Below are positions 54,101 to 64,000 of a DNA stretch of 64,000 nucleotides, piece after piece; positions within the stretch are counted from its first letter, which is position 1; each line of letters begins with the position of its first letter. The stretch spans positions 124,001 through 188,000 of the forward strand of contig KZ538868.1 in NCBI GenBank assembly GCA_000934665.2, in the 5' to 3' direction. Both the position numbers and the translations under genes were made by a program. The stretch is from Catajapyx aquilonaris (lineage: Eukaryota). A model generated the notes under the pieces. That model had not been told where the DNA came from and did not search any database. It was given only the letters and a program-made list of their open reading frames with translations.

Positions 54101-57100
54101 GCGAAACCAGAGTCTCACAACGTGACCCTCCATATGCCAATTTGGATGCCCTTTTTCACAAGCCTATATCAAATAGATTGCCACATTTCTCAGGTTGCAA
54201 GAGGTTGTTTTGTAAATTGCTCGCTGATAGTTATTTTTAGTAATGTCACTTACACAAGGTCGCTTGTAAGTGTGTGTGCGATGTACAAAACAATAACTGA
54301 TAAAAATCCATATTATCAATGCTTAACAGGTATAGGTGTGGGATAAGTGGATCAATCATACCTTCTAGAACGTGATATGCAAATAAGGACGCTCCACATT
54401 TATGTACGTTATTTGCATACCAATGGACGGCAATTGTTATAACACCTTGTATATAGTAATTAGTGAACAAACTTCATGTATTTATATTAAACCTGTAAGT
54501 ACGAGAGAGAGAGAGTACTTATTGGTTTAATATAAATACATGAAGTTTGTTCACTCATTACATTGTTGTAACACCGCAGCCAATATATTATCTCACTCGG
54601 AACCTGGCGGCAGTTGTTGCAATATTGCCAATATTGCAACAAGCTGCATCACTTTGCTCTAATATGTTGAGGAAACAAACGGTTTGTTTCCTCTACATAT
54701 TAGAGCAAAGTGATGCAGCGTAAATTTTCTGAATGTCATTATTTTGCCAAGCACGAACAAAGGCGGAAAAGAGATTCCAATTATGTTCAAACACCGCTGA
54801 GCATTTTTCCTCGTGCGATTTTTTAAATGAACAGAGCTTTGGGCTCGTCATCTAACTTCCATCCATTTTTGAGGCACGAAGTGTCACGTGTTCTCGATTA
54901 ATGTGTCCAGATCATGTCAGGATTACATGACAGTGCAGTAGTAACAATTCAAAATGCAGGTAAGTAGGTGGGGGCATCCGGCATGGAACCCTTATTTGCT
55001 TTGAAGCTGACTTTTTTCTGCAATGCTCAGGTAACGTTATAGTGTGGGAGGGGGGACATGGAGGAGAGGTACACGTGCCATGGCTTTTGGGTAGACATAA
55101 TGTGCATACAGTCGCATGGGTACACTAGCGGAAATTCTCTCTCAGACGAAACCTGAGATATTCTAATCCTAATGCGTCACGAACAGGAAGAGAAAAAGCC
55201 AGGACCGGGATCGAACCCACGACCTTTTTTTCTCTTCCTTAGCACGAACAAGACCGCAACCTAACGCTCAGTTACACACCTCTGTAAGTTTTTCAGACAA
55301 TAATTTACTCTGCATTTACCGTATTGAATACCACTTTAAGATCGAGCTGTTAAATTCTCAGTATTACTACAGTATTCTAGTGAATCCTGGTGTGTTGAGC
55401 AATGCCATATAAGTCATAGGTTACTCGGCTACTTGCTGGCCATACTCCACAGGGGAATCTTCAACCTGCGTAACGCTTGACCTTCTCTTTTCTCCCATCT
55501 CCCGCATAATAATTTTTTGCCTTCAGTTACACTGACAAGGTACAAGATTAATTTCACGTGATAAGCACACAAAGTAGGCGAATTACTTTCGTTTTTACTC
55601 AAAATGCACCTCCACTCTGGTTCATGTACTGCATGCAACTTCTGGAATTTATGCCAGGATGTCAATGCACAATGATGCACCGGCCGGATACTTTGTGTTA
55701 TGTTGGTCCGATGGTGTTCTATAAAACCTCGATAGCAATGTGCGTCAGTGCTCAAAATGGTCAGAACTAGTCCTTTGAATTATTCAGTCCACCTGACTCT
55801 GCAGGATGTCCTGCCTGCCTTGATAAAAATCGTTGGCCTCTAGTTGCGACAAGGTCATGCTACTGACCGCCGCATTGTATTCAAAATAATAATGCAATGC
55901 AATGGCACCTCTTTTTTCTCAAGTCCTTCTTTTCTGCGAATTTCACGAAGCGTAACACCCTCTCAGACCGGCAAGCCATAAAGCAACTTACTGTTAGTGA
56001 TTCCCCAACTTGTATGAAAATGTTTAGTAACTGACCTTAGGAGATAGTGGGCGATAGAAAAGCACTATCTGTTGCGCATACCCGGCCGAAGAGAGCACGC
56101 GCCCTCAAGTTTGGCCGGTCCAGCAGGTCTTCTTGGTGGTACTGAGAGAGTGATGGAAGATGGGAAGTGGTGGTGAAGCAGGCGAGGTTTGAGAAGTGGG
56201 AGCAAATGGCGCCCAGGGGCGGACTCGGCCTTGTTTTTGTTGTGACCTTGGGAAAAAAGCAGTCATCAATCCGTTATGCAAGGGCCTAGCCATCTACCGT
56301 TTACCACGAACGAGTCTTTATTGGCTAATACCCTGACCTTTCCGATGTAAATAATAACTTTTTCAGTCCCGATCCTTATAATAAGTCACTCACCTCCATC
56401 TGAATCATAGGTTGCGCATGGTTACCATTTATAGGATTGCATCTAATAAGCGATTACACATCCCGATCCGCTCACATGTAAAGCCTTGTTGATGACTTTC
56501 GCTTGTCTGAGGACCTGTCTTATAATGATGGTTTAGGGGCACAATTTGCGCAAGTGTATAACAATGTTGCCGACTTGGGCTGTTGTGGGTTTGGACCTAT
56601 AGCGATTTTCAATACTCGGAAATCCCCACTCAATTAGCGGATAGTGTGATACTTAAGCATATAATAATGAAATGACAATGTAGGTCACTTTGAACCAGAT
56701 TTTCTTATGCCTTTTGAAAATGTCTTTGCAGAAATTGCTGACGATGCTTCCGACAGAGGAGGAGCGATCCAAGATCCAAGAAGCCCAGCTGGCCAATCCG
56801 GACGTGCCTCTGGGAAGTGCTGAGCAGTTCTTAATCACGCTTGCTTCCGTCTCAGAGCTGCCTGCACGACTCAAACTCTGGGCCTTCAAATTGGATTACG
56901 AAAATATGGAAAAGGCGAGTGGATTTTTTAACAATGCAGATGGACATAATTAATGATGATGTGATGACTCAAATATGAAGGATACACTAAGTTATATTGA
57001 TTGTTCGTTATTTTAAAAATCTATTCATTTCTTCTTGCACCATCATACCAATATTCGGATTCTTCACAGGAAGTAGCAGAGCCGCTGATGGACCTAAAAC

Positions 57101-60006
57101 AGGGAATGGAAGCTCTGCAGAACAACAAGACATTCCGCCATATTCTTGCTGCCCTTCTCTCCATTGGAAATTTTCTTAATGGTGTTGAGGTATGTTGCTA
57201 TTTAAAATATTGAAAAGTCCATGTCATTAAAAATTGCTCGTTTCAGGCAAAGGGGTTCCAAATCGAGTACCTAGCCAAGGTTCCTGAAGTGAAGGACACT
57301 GTTCACAAGCACACTCTTCTTCACCACTTGTCTCACACAATTATGGAGAAATTCCCAGATTCCACAGACCTATATTCAGAAGTACGCTGCAATGCCTCAC
57401 CTCCCCCAAAGAGTTCTTATGATGGTTTGTTTTACGTTCTCGTTGTTTATTACAGGTTGGTGCTATCACAAGGGCATCGCGTGTGGATTTTGATGAGGTT
57501 GCAAGTAGCATCCAAAAAATGGAGACTGAGTGCAAGGCCTCATGGGATCACCTTAAGGTTATTGCAAAACATGATGGAAATGCTTCCACTATCAAAGTCA
57601 AGTATGTCTCGCACCTTTTGCCGAATCATTAACAGTTTCAAATAAATCATTCATTTACATATTTTGTTTCAGGATGTCTGATTTTCTGTCAGATTGTGCG
57701 GAGAGGATCATTGTGCTGGGCATTGTTCACAGAAGAGTCATGAACAGGTGAAGTTTTCTGTAGCTAAGATTTTTCAAGGATTTATCATATTGACCATTTT
57801 ATAAAAATTCGATTTTCTGAACTTTTGAGATCGCAATGAAAATGTGCAGCATCTTTATCTCAGAATTAATTATCTGGACTAATTATTATAGTGTTGCATT
57901 TTAACATGTCAGTTTTTACATTTTACAGGTTTTATAAATTCATGTTGTGGCTTGGAGTGCCTCTGCATCAAATTCCACACACCAAACCCAATGTCTTTAG
58001 CAAAATCATCTCTGAGTTTGCCCTAGAATATCGCACCACAAGAGACCGCGTCATCCAACAGATGGAGAAGAAGGCTAATCACCGTGAGAGAAATAAGACA
58101 AGAGGAAAGATGATTACTGAGGTAGGTGTGTCAATGGTATTCCATGTCACTGTCATCTCACACTTGTCTCTTTACCTCAGATGGCCAAATTTAAGACCAA
58201 GGAAGACAAGGCAGATGCAGAACTGAGGCAGCTACTGGGCAGCGATGTGTCTGATACCGAGAGTGTCAGAGGTACCTGGGGTAGCCTCCGACCCAAGAGA
58301 GACAGTGGTAAATGTCTACCCATGTGAATCATGTTATTTGCCCTTATGTTATTTTCTGAGTGTTTCCTGCCTTGTAGGTCGTGCATCCCTGAAGTACTAT
58401 GGAGGTAAGAAGGCGGAATGTGTTGGTGATCCAGACCGTGATGATGAAATCCTGGAGAGTTTGGTCAAGACTGCTACCAAGGCCCCTGACAGATCCACTC
58501 CTAGGGAACGCAAGCGCACCCGCAACACTGACCGCAAGTCATGTGAGTATAGCCTTTGCTCTCATTGCTGGTTTTTTCTTCTTCACACTGCTGTCTATCC
58601 TGTCTGTGTGGGTCTGGGTTTCTGGTTTGTGTACCATGTACTGTCTACACATGCACAGTTTCAAACTGCAGGCAGCACAGGACACAAGTATGTTGACACA
58701 GAACTCTTGCCATGTTTTCCTTTCTTCCTGCATCCTTGACACATCCTCAAAATCTACCTTTTGAGCCTACTATCCAATTAGATGGAAAACAGAAAGGTGA
58801 CCCTGTTGGTGTTGGTCTTTGTCCACCCTCTCAGTTCCATGGTGTGCGGAGTCGCGATGGTCTCAGGTCCAGCAGCAGTGACCTTTGCCTGTCGCCGCTC
58901 GGCCTCTCGCCTTCCTAAGGACTGCTACCTCACTTCACTTGTTGTCTCTCTCCTCACTCAGTGAAGAGGTCAAGGACACGGGAGAACAATGTGTTTCCAC
59001 TCCTGCAGGAGGCTAAGCGCTAAGGGGGAACCAAATATCCCCCTTGACGCTCGGCATCACCCCTGGTAGGTCCCAGAGTTCTCCTCCTGCAAACCAACCT
59101 GCCTACATAAAACACATAGTGGCTGTATAACAGATTGCTTGTTTTCTTCTCTCTTTGGGAGTGCTTCGTTTCATCTTCTATGAGCATGACAGACTTTCTA
59201 TCCTTTTGAAACACACACCACATCTTGGCGCACATTATTTATGCATGTTGCAGTGTTATCCAGCCAAGGGTTTGAACATCCATCTCTTAAACCCTAATTA
59301 TACTAATAATGCAATGGTGATGATGATAAAACACTCACTGATATTGCTTAACAATAATAACACTGCATAAATGATGACACATTGTTATTTTTTATGTGAT
59401 GTCAGGCTTTGTAAATTCTTGATATACAGTAGTGTGTGGCTGAAGCTCTTGCCTGATTGATTATGAAAGTGATTCCCAACAATATTCGTCCTACCAATGA
59501 GTGTGATTGAGAGGTCTTCCTATTATACCAGTATTGCTGCAATGTGGGAAGGATACGACACAAGTGTGGAATGACATGGAAGGAATATTTTACCACTGAG
59601 AAGGTTGGGAACCACTGGATAAATACTAGGGAGTGGTTTGTTTTGTCCCACCATTAATCTGCCAATAGTGTGCTTCCATACTGGAGAAGCCCAATAATGG
59701 AAGTGAACCACAAAAAGCATAGTAGTGGTGGGATGATAAACTGGCTCCAGGTATGTAGCTAACTGTAGATTTTTGGCAGATAAAGTTGGCCTTGGCTTAG
59801 TAGTGCAAAAATGACTCGCTTCCGTGTACTACGTGTAGGAACTGGTGCTCACTCGAGATGCATGTCTTTGAAGTGTCGACGATTTTTAATCACTTGAAAT
59901 GACTAATACTTTCTTAATTCCTGCCTTAGTGAGGCGCACACTTCGCAATGGCCTCTCAGAGGAGGAGCGTAAGCACCTGGCTGCGTTCATCTCTACCTGC
60001 TACTGA
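21170..60006 (+). CDS. Fhos: FH1/FH2 domain-containing formin FHOD/Fhos, short isoform ~1254 aa; exons 21170-21337, 24812-24921, 25144-25202, 25979-26046, 26104-26209, 27251-27457, 27524-27827, 27972-28243, 29076-29228, 29800-30737, 31822-31980, 56732-56914, 57070-57189, 57247-57381, 57456-57601, 57673-57747, 57929-58121, 58181-58307, 58378-58542, 59930-60006
   Basis: FHOD N-terminus ([20 protein letters not shown]), GBD/FH3 ([53 protein letters not shown]), poly-Pro FH1, FH2 ([61 protein letters not shown]) and DAD tail ([10 protein letters not shown]…RKSLRRTL). Exon phases sum to a 3765-nt open frame. Confidence 0.95.
32314..34360 (-). CDS. GMC oxidoreductase 1 (glucose dehydrogenase [FAD, quinone]-like), ~595 aa; exons 34360-33589, 33528-33236, 33036-32314
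   Basis: Hydrophobic leader, [15 protein letters not shown]-binding motif, [44 protein letters not shown] introns of phase 1 and 0. Confidence 0.93.
34823..35127. mobile_element. MITE-like foldback element
   Basis: Terminal inverted repeats gtaggtcaacccgaagtca..gtattccttggg..aaacaagtcgaaaatg / cattttcgacttgttt..cccaaggaatac..tgacttcgggttgacctac, plus inner inverted arms gaggtagatgaccagaaacatt / aatgtttctggtcatctacctc. No transposase-like ORF seen. Confidence 0.7.
35853..38122 (-). CDS. GMC oxidoreductase 2, ~655 aa, Cys-rich, with C-terminal hydrophobic extension; exons 38122-37342, 37154-36862, 36746-35853
   Basis: Signal-peptide-like [70 protein letters not shown]; same intron positions as its paralogues. 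Confidence 0.93.
38983..41034 (-). CDS. GMC oxidoreductase 3, ~602 aa; exons 41034-40263, 40093-39801, 39726-38983
   Basis: [53 protein letters not shown]; phases join in frame. Confidence 0.93.
42356..44695 (-). CDS. GMC oxidoreductase 4, ~601 aa (recent duplicate of GMC3); exons 44695-43927, 43670-43378, 43099-42356
   Basis: Same motifs as GMC3, with long stretches of nucleotide identity to it. Confidence 0.93.
46085..48037 (-). CDS. GMC oxidoreductase 5, ~604 aa, ends in QDEL; exons 48037-47269, 47210-46918, 46837-46085
   Basis: Leader [64 protein letters not shown]. Confidence 0.93.
50241..52412 (-). CDS. GMC oxidoreductase 6, ~630 aa, ends in DKEL; exons 52412-51587, 51501-51209, 51014-50241
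   Basis: [53 protein letters not shown]; phases join in frame. Confidence 0.93.
54456..54719. repeat. Cluster of three near-perfect palindromes (54456-54561, 54614-54642, 54643-54719)
   Basis: agtgaacaaacttcatgtatttatattaaacc / ggtttaatataaatacatgaagtttgttcact; ttgttgcaatattg / caatattgcaacaa; gctgcatcactttgctctaatatgt.gaggaaacaaac / gtttgtttcctc.acatattagagcaaagtgatgcagc. Confidence 0.85.
55197..55280 (-). mobile_element. tRNA-derived SINE head or pseudo-tRNA fragment
   Basis: The - strand reads ggtgtgtaactgagcgttagg (degenerate A box) ... ggtcgtgggttcgatcccggtc (B box GGTTCGATCCC with T-arm stem). No convincing anticodon arm or acceptor stem. Confidence 0.5.
58962..59023 (+). CDS. Fhos: Candidate alternative terminal exon of FHOD (…[24 protein letters not shown])
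   Basis: Strong pyrimidine tract cttgttgtctctctcctcactcag, phase 1 matching the donor after 58542, and a basic start resembling the canonical LRRTLR tail. Confidence 0.55.
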
Positions 60007-60430
60007 CCACTGCTACTGCTGCCACCTAAGTCATTATGAAAAGTTTTTGCGTGTGATAGGTATGTGTTTGTGTGAGTGTATTGTAAGAATGGTATCGTGA
60101 GAAGTTTTGGCAAGGCACATATAAAGTTATATAGGTGCAAAATGTCCCAGTGTATGTATGAAACATGTGATGTTGAGCGCTGCAAAATTAAACGCTGCGC
60201 TTTTGTAGCTAGCTTTAATATTTTTACTATGCGGAAAGTCTGTAAAATCTGCATGACTGAGGCATCACTTCAATGCATTACTTGTACAACCTGATGTTGC
60301 AGCATATAATTGCAGATTGACAAAGAAGGACATACCTTAGCCATATTTCTTTCTGCATTTTTTGACCCCCCCCCCCTGCCCCCAAAGAATTTGGTATTTG
60401 TGTTCTTTCTACCTTTCTCATGAACTGGAA

Positions 60431-60436
60431 AATAAA
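60431..60436 (+). terminator. Candidate polyadenylation signal of FHOD
   Basis: AATAAA ~425 nt after the stop codon at 60006. Confidence 0.35.
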
Positions 60437-60867
60437 AAAGTTCCCCAAGTTAACTGCTGGATTACTATTTTAAAGGCCTCACTGATAACATATCAGACAG
60501 TTAAACAGGTGAGTTGATATCATTTCACCTTCAAAAGATGTTGTGTGCTCAGGTAATAATTTGTTAATGTGATGCACTCTGGCTATTGCAGGCTACTTTT
60601 GCCATTTGAAAATACGTTGTAATTATATTCCTACCCATGGAAATAATAAGTGACAGATTTTCTGAGAGGCGACTAATGTGGCTAATTTTTTGAAATAAAT
60701 GCAGCAGGACATAATGTAATTTCATTAAGTCAAATAATTTACAACCATCAGTTACATATTTATGAACTAGCAATTTATTCTTAATGGTCTCTTGAATACA
60801 ATGTTCGAGTTCCAGTCTGTCTGAGTGGTTTTATGGTTGACTGGTTGAGCGGAGGACTCCCACACAT

Positions 60868-62176
60868 TATAGACTTCTTAAATCAAGCCAGAAGAAGCCA
60901 TGTTTCCTGTCACAATAGAAGGTGTATAGGTATTACCACTGACTAACATGGGCATGATGGATGATGCCTCTGCTAATCTCAAGCCTGTCGTCCAATGGGT
61001 CAATCTCTGTCAAATTATATGGACAAGCATTAAAAGGTATATTGATTATTATCAGCCTTATGAATGAAATTCACTTGAATGCCTGGCATGCTGAATGATC
61101 AGTCACAATAGAATGATTAGTAGAGTCCGAATATTTACTGTAGTTCCTTTACAGTTGGGATCGTTTTGTGAAGAGATTTATCCGTTTCATAAGTGCAGGA
61201 TGTGGAAAGTGTATGTTTTATAGTGCCTAAATGGCCTATTTCGTGGATTTGGGAACTATTTTGCCTATTCTGACTTTTTGCGACTTTTCATGCCTATATG
61301 TGGCCTTTTTTGAAATAGTTTTTGAACTTTTTGCAGTAATTTCGAGACTTTTTGGGCCTATTCCAGGCCTATTCCTTCCAAGACATGTTTAATTTTTTGA
61401 GGAGTATTTTTTGTGCTACGGAAAAAACCAAAATCGTTCAGAAGTAATACGAATCACGTTTCCGTGACACGATGCCAAATATTTTTCTAAATTTTCCTCT
61501 GATGGGAAAAATATTTGGCAACATATTGTGCAAGTCTGGTGCAAGTGTAAACTGGCTATAAGCGGTAGAGTCCAGAGCAAGTGGTACTTGCTTGCACTTT
61601 GTGTCTTTTGCCTAAGTTTTGTGATTTTCTGTCAGTTTATCATTGTTATTCGATGTTTGCTCTGGATTTTCGACCGTATATTTATACTTTAGGCCTGTAA
61701 AAGTATTATGGCTTTTTTATTATTTTGTAACATATTATCCTCCATATGCCCAAAAAAGTAAACTTTTTGTGCATATTTGAGTTTTTTCGTGCATATTTCG
61801 GGGGGGGGGGGGGTTTGGTGCCTAAAATTCCGGACACTAATGATTAGTGACGTACGGTTTGAAATTTGAAAATCCCTTGTGTACAATTTTTCACGATTAT
61901 CTCGAGCTGACTATAACTTGCTTGACCATAGGAAAATACACATCCTGGACTATATTACACAATGCCTAACTAAATTTTTAACAATGAGTCTGATAGTTCT
62001 CCCCTTAATTCTGCACATTTTCACTTGCTGAAGGAAGTTAGTCACCGTGTATATACAGGGAGCGACAGTGTAGGTTCAGTCAGTCTCCATGTAAAATGAC
62101 CATGTGTTGAATAGTGATAGTAAAATAGGAAATGTCAGTGGCTATAGATGCGTGGCAACCTGTTCCCAGAACCACT
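60868..62176 (-). pseudogene. Decayed GMC oxidoreductase pseudogene (GMC2-like 5' fragment 62176-62070; C-terminal fragment 60985-60868)
   Basis: 62176-62070 translates VVLGTGCHASIATDISYFTITIQH/frameshift/WSFYMETD*TY versus GMC2 [39 protein letters not shown]. 60985-60868 translates GLRLAEASSIMPMLVSGNTYTPSIVTGNMASSGLI*EVY versus the GMC consensus [20 protein letters not shown]...LIKEDW. Confidence 0.8.
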
Positions 62177-62761
62177 GCATTCTGGTCGTGCCTGTGCTTG
62201 GGAGAGGAATTGTTAATTGAGAGCTCCTTTTTGTACCGGTATATCAAAAGCGGTCCATTAGACGGAATTTTCTCTAGCGATCAGGAAAACATGGTTTTAT
62301 TTTACGGCCCCAGTTACATCAGAGGACCTACATCTACATGCCTTGGAGACCTCGAAAAATTACCTCTGGAAAGCCCATCTAAACGACATTGAGGAGGGCA
62401 TCTTCAAGCGGACGGGAATCTGCGTCCCCCAGACCCCAGCTAGATTTGCTTCGCTATCAGCACCGAGGTAAGCAACGTAGAAGTTGGTAACGACGTTGTT
62501 AAAGAATTAAATGTCATTGTTATTGGAGACATGCGATGCGAGTATCGTCAGAAAGGAATATGTACAACCGGCCGCACCGTTACCTTGACTAAATAATTAT
62601 GTCCCATACATAACGGATATGGAATTTACAGGATTTGTCCTAAGCATATTATGTTGATTTAGGTCTTTAAAAACTACTATGTTGTGTTAATTTTGAGTTA
62701 ACACCTAATGCCGACCAACAATAATTCATTTAGTCTATTTCATTTGGAAGTCCAGAGAGTG

Positions 62762-64000
62762 TCAGAGTTCTTTATCTGCTTTCTTAGGAGAAGGCTGTTT
62801 CGGTTTGGGTTGTTGACCCGCAGCCTTCCAGTCCTCCTTGATCATATCTGCGGCCTTCTCTGCGATCATGATGGCCGGAGCGTTGGTGTTTCCACTGACC
62901 ACCTCGGGCATGACGGAGGCGTCGACCACCCTGAGTCCCTCGACGCCCCTCACTCTTAGGCGGGGGTCCAGAACAGCCTCCTTGTCCGAATCCGGACCCA
63001 TCTTGCAGGTGCCCACGGGGTGGTAGAGGGTCATGGTGAACTGCCTGACGTAGCACTCCCAGAAGGAGTCTGTTCCGGGCTTGTGCTTCTCGCATCCGGG
63101 GAAAGGCCCCGTCCAGAGGGTGGCGTTGAGGGAGGACAGGGCTGGGGCCTCTCCCACCTTGGAGGACAACTGGATGCCCCTCAACAAGGTGGCGACGTCG
63201 TCCGGATGCTGGAGGTAGTTGGTCTGTATGTCAGGGTAGGCCTCCGGATCGTTGCTGGACAGACGGAGGTGACCGCGGCTCTTTGGATGCAGGAGTGCAG
63301 GAAAGACTATCCACGACTCGCGTCCAAAGTGTTGAGAGAATGACGACTGGTAGACCTGAGTGTCCAGACCGAATGGTGAGGGTCTTACCTCGCCCATCGC
63401 CAAGAACGACCCGCTCTGGAAATAGATCTGGATGTCTGGCCATTCCTTGTCCTTGTTCAGGTCCGTGCTGACGAAGGCAATGATCTCTACGCCTCCCGCT
63501 GAAGTCAGCAAGCCCTTGCCTCTCACCAGCCAGTTCTGAGAGGAACCACAATAGTGACGTCATTTGTGACTTATTAATCACACTACACCTACCCAAAAAC
63601 TTGAAATGGTGAGAGCATTCTTGGGGTTGGCGTCTATTTCAGCTTCGGTTAGGTAGATCATTGGTACCATAACGTGATCCTGCAAGTTGGCACCCACCCC
63701 TGGAGAGTGGTGCACCAAAGGAACCCCCACATCTTCCAGGTGATCCTTAGGGCCAACTCCTGACAGCAGCAGCAGTTGGGGAGATCCCACCGAGCCAGCA
63801 GACAGTATCACTTCCTTCCGGGCTCGAACAGTGCGAATGACCCCATCTTGTTTGTAGGAAACTCCGTACGCCTTCTTGTCCTTGGCTGAAATAAACCAAA
63901 GCGTTTTGTATTATAATTATCATCACCACAGCAGCTGTTTGCCAAGTGTATCACAATAACTGACGGCACTTACTATTGATCAGGACCTTGTGAACCGTGG
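62762..64000 (-). CDS. GMC oxidoreductase 7, 5'-truncated by window edge, near-twin of GMC6; exons >64000-63974, 63885-63593, 63535-62762
   Basis: [47 protein letters not shown], and a C-terminus identical to GMC6 (…PKKADKEL). Confidence 0.92.

Noticed and set aside
61215..61850. T-rich segment with recurring gccta motifs, possibly a non-autonomous transposon inside the GMC pseudogene
   Set aside because: Matching terminal inverted repeats could not be defined by eye.
1..64000. Prokaryotic systems (CRISPR arrays, operons, defence islands), rRNA or intact tRNA genes
   Set aside because: The sequence is intron-rich eukaryotic DNA; no spaced direct-repeat array, rRNA-like segment or full tRNA cloverleaf was seen.

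Overview
Eukaryotic genomic DNA with spliceosomal introns, most likely from an arthropod; the taxon cannot be fixed from sequence alone. Left to right: (1) the 5' end of a paramyosin gene on the - strand (two coding exons, continuing off the left edge); (2) a 4-exon divergent SPOP-like MATH-BTB gene (+); (3) a ~50-kb FHOD/Fhos formin gene (+). The formin has a long Ser/Thr-rich alternative N-terminus, a canonical short first exon, two GC-AG introns and candidate alternative C-terminal exons. A 24.75-kb intron splitting its FH2 domain holds six intact, tandem, antisense 3-exon GMC (glucose-methanol-choline) oxidoreductase genes, all with predicted signal peptides and a 293-nt middle exon. Beyond the formin 3' end lie a decayed GMC pseudogene and a seventh GMC gene, a near-twin of the sixth, cut by the right edge. 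The GMC paralogues differ in C-terminal targeting tails (QDEL, DKEL, hydrophobic tail, none), and one has the His used for covalent FAD attachment in choline oxidase. Exon boundaries were derived by hand from splice motifs, reading-phase continuity and recalled family sequences; no database search was run.
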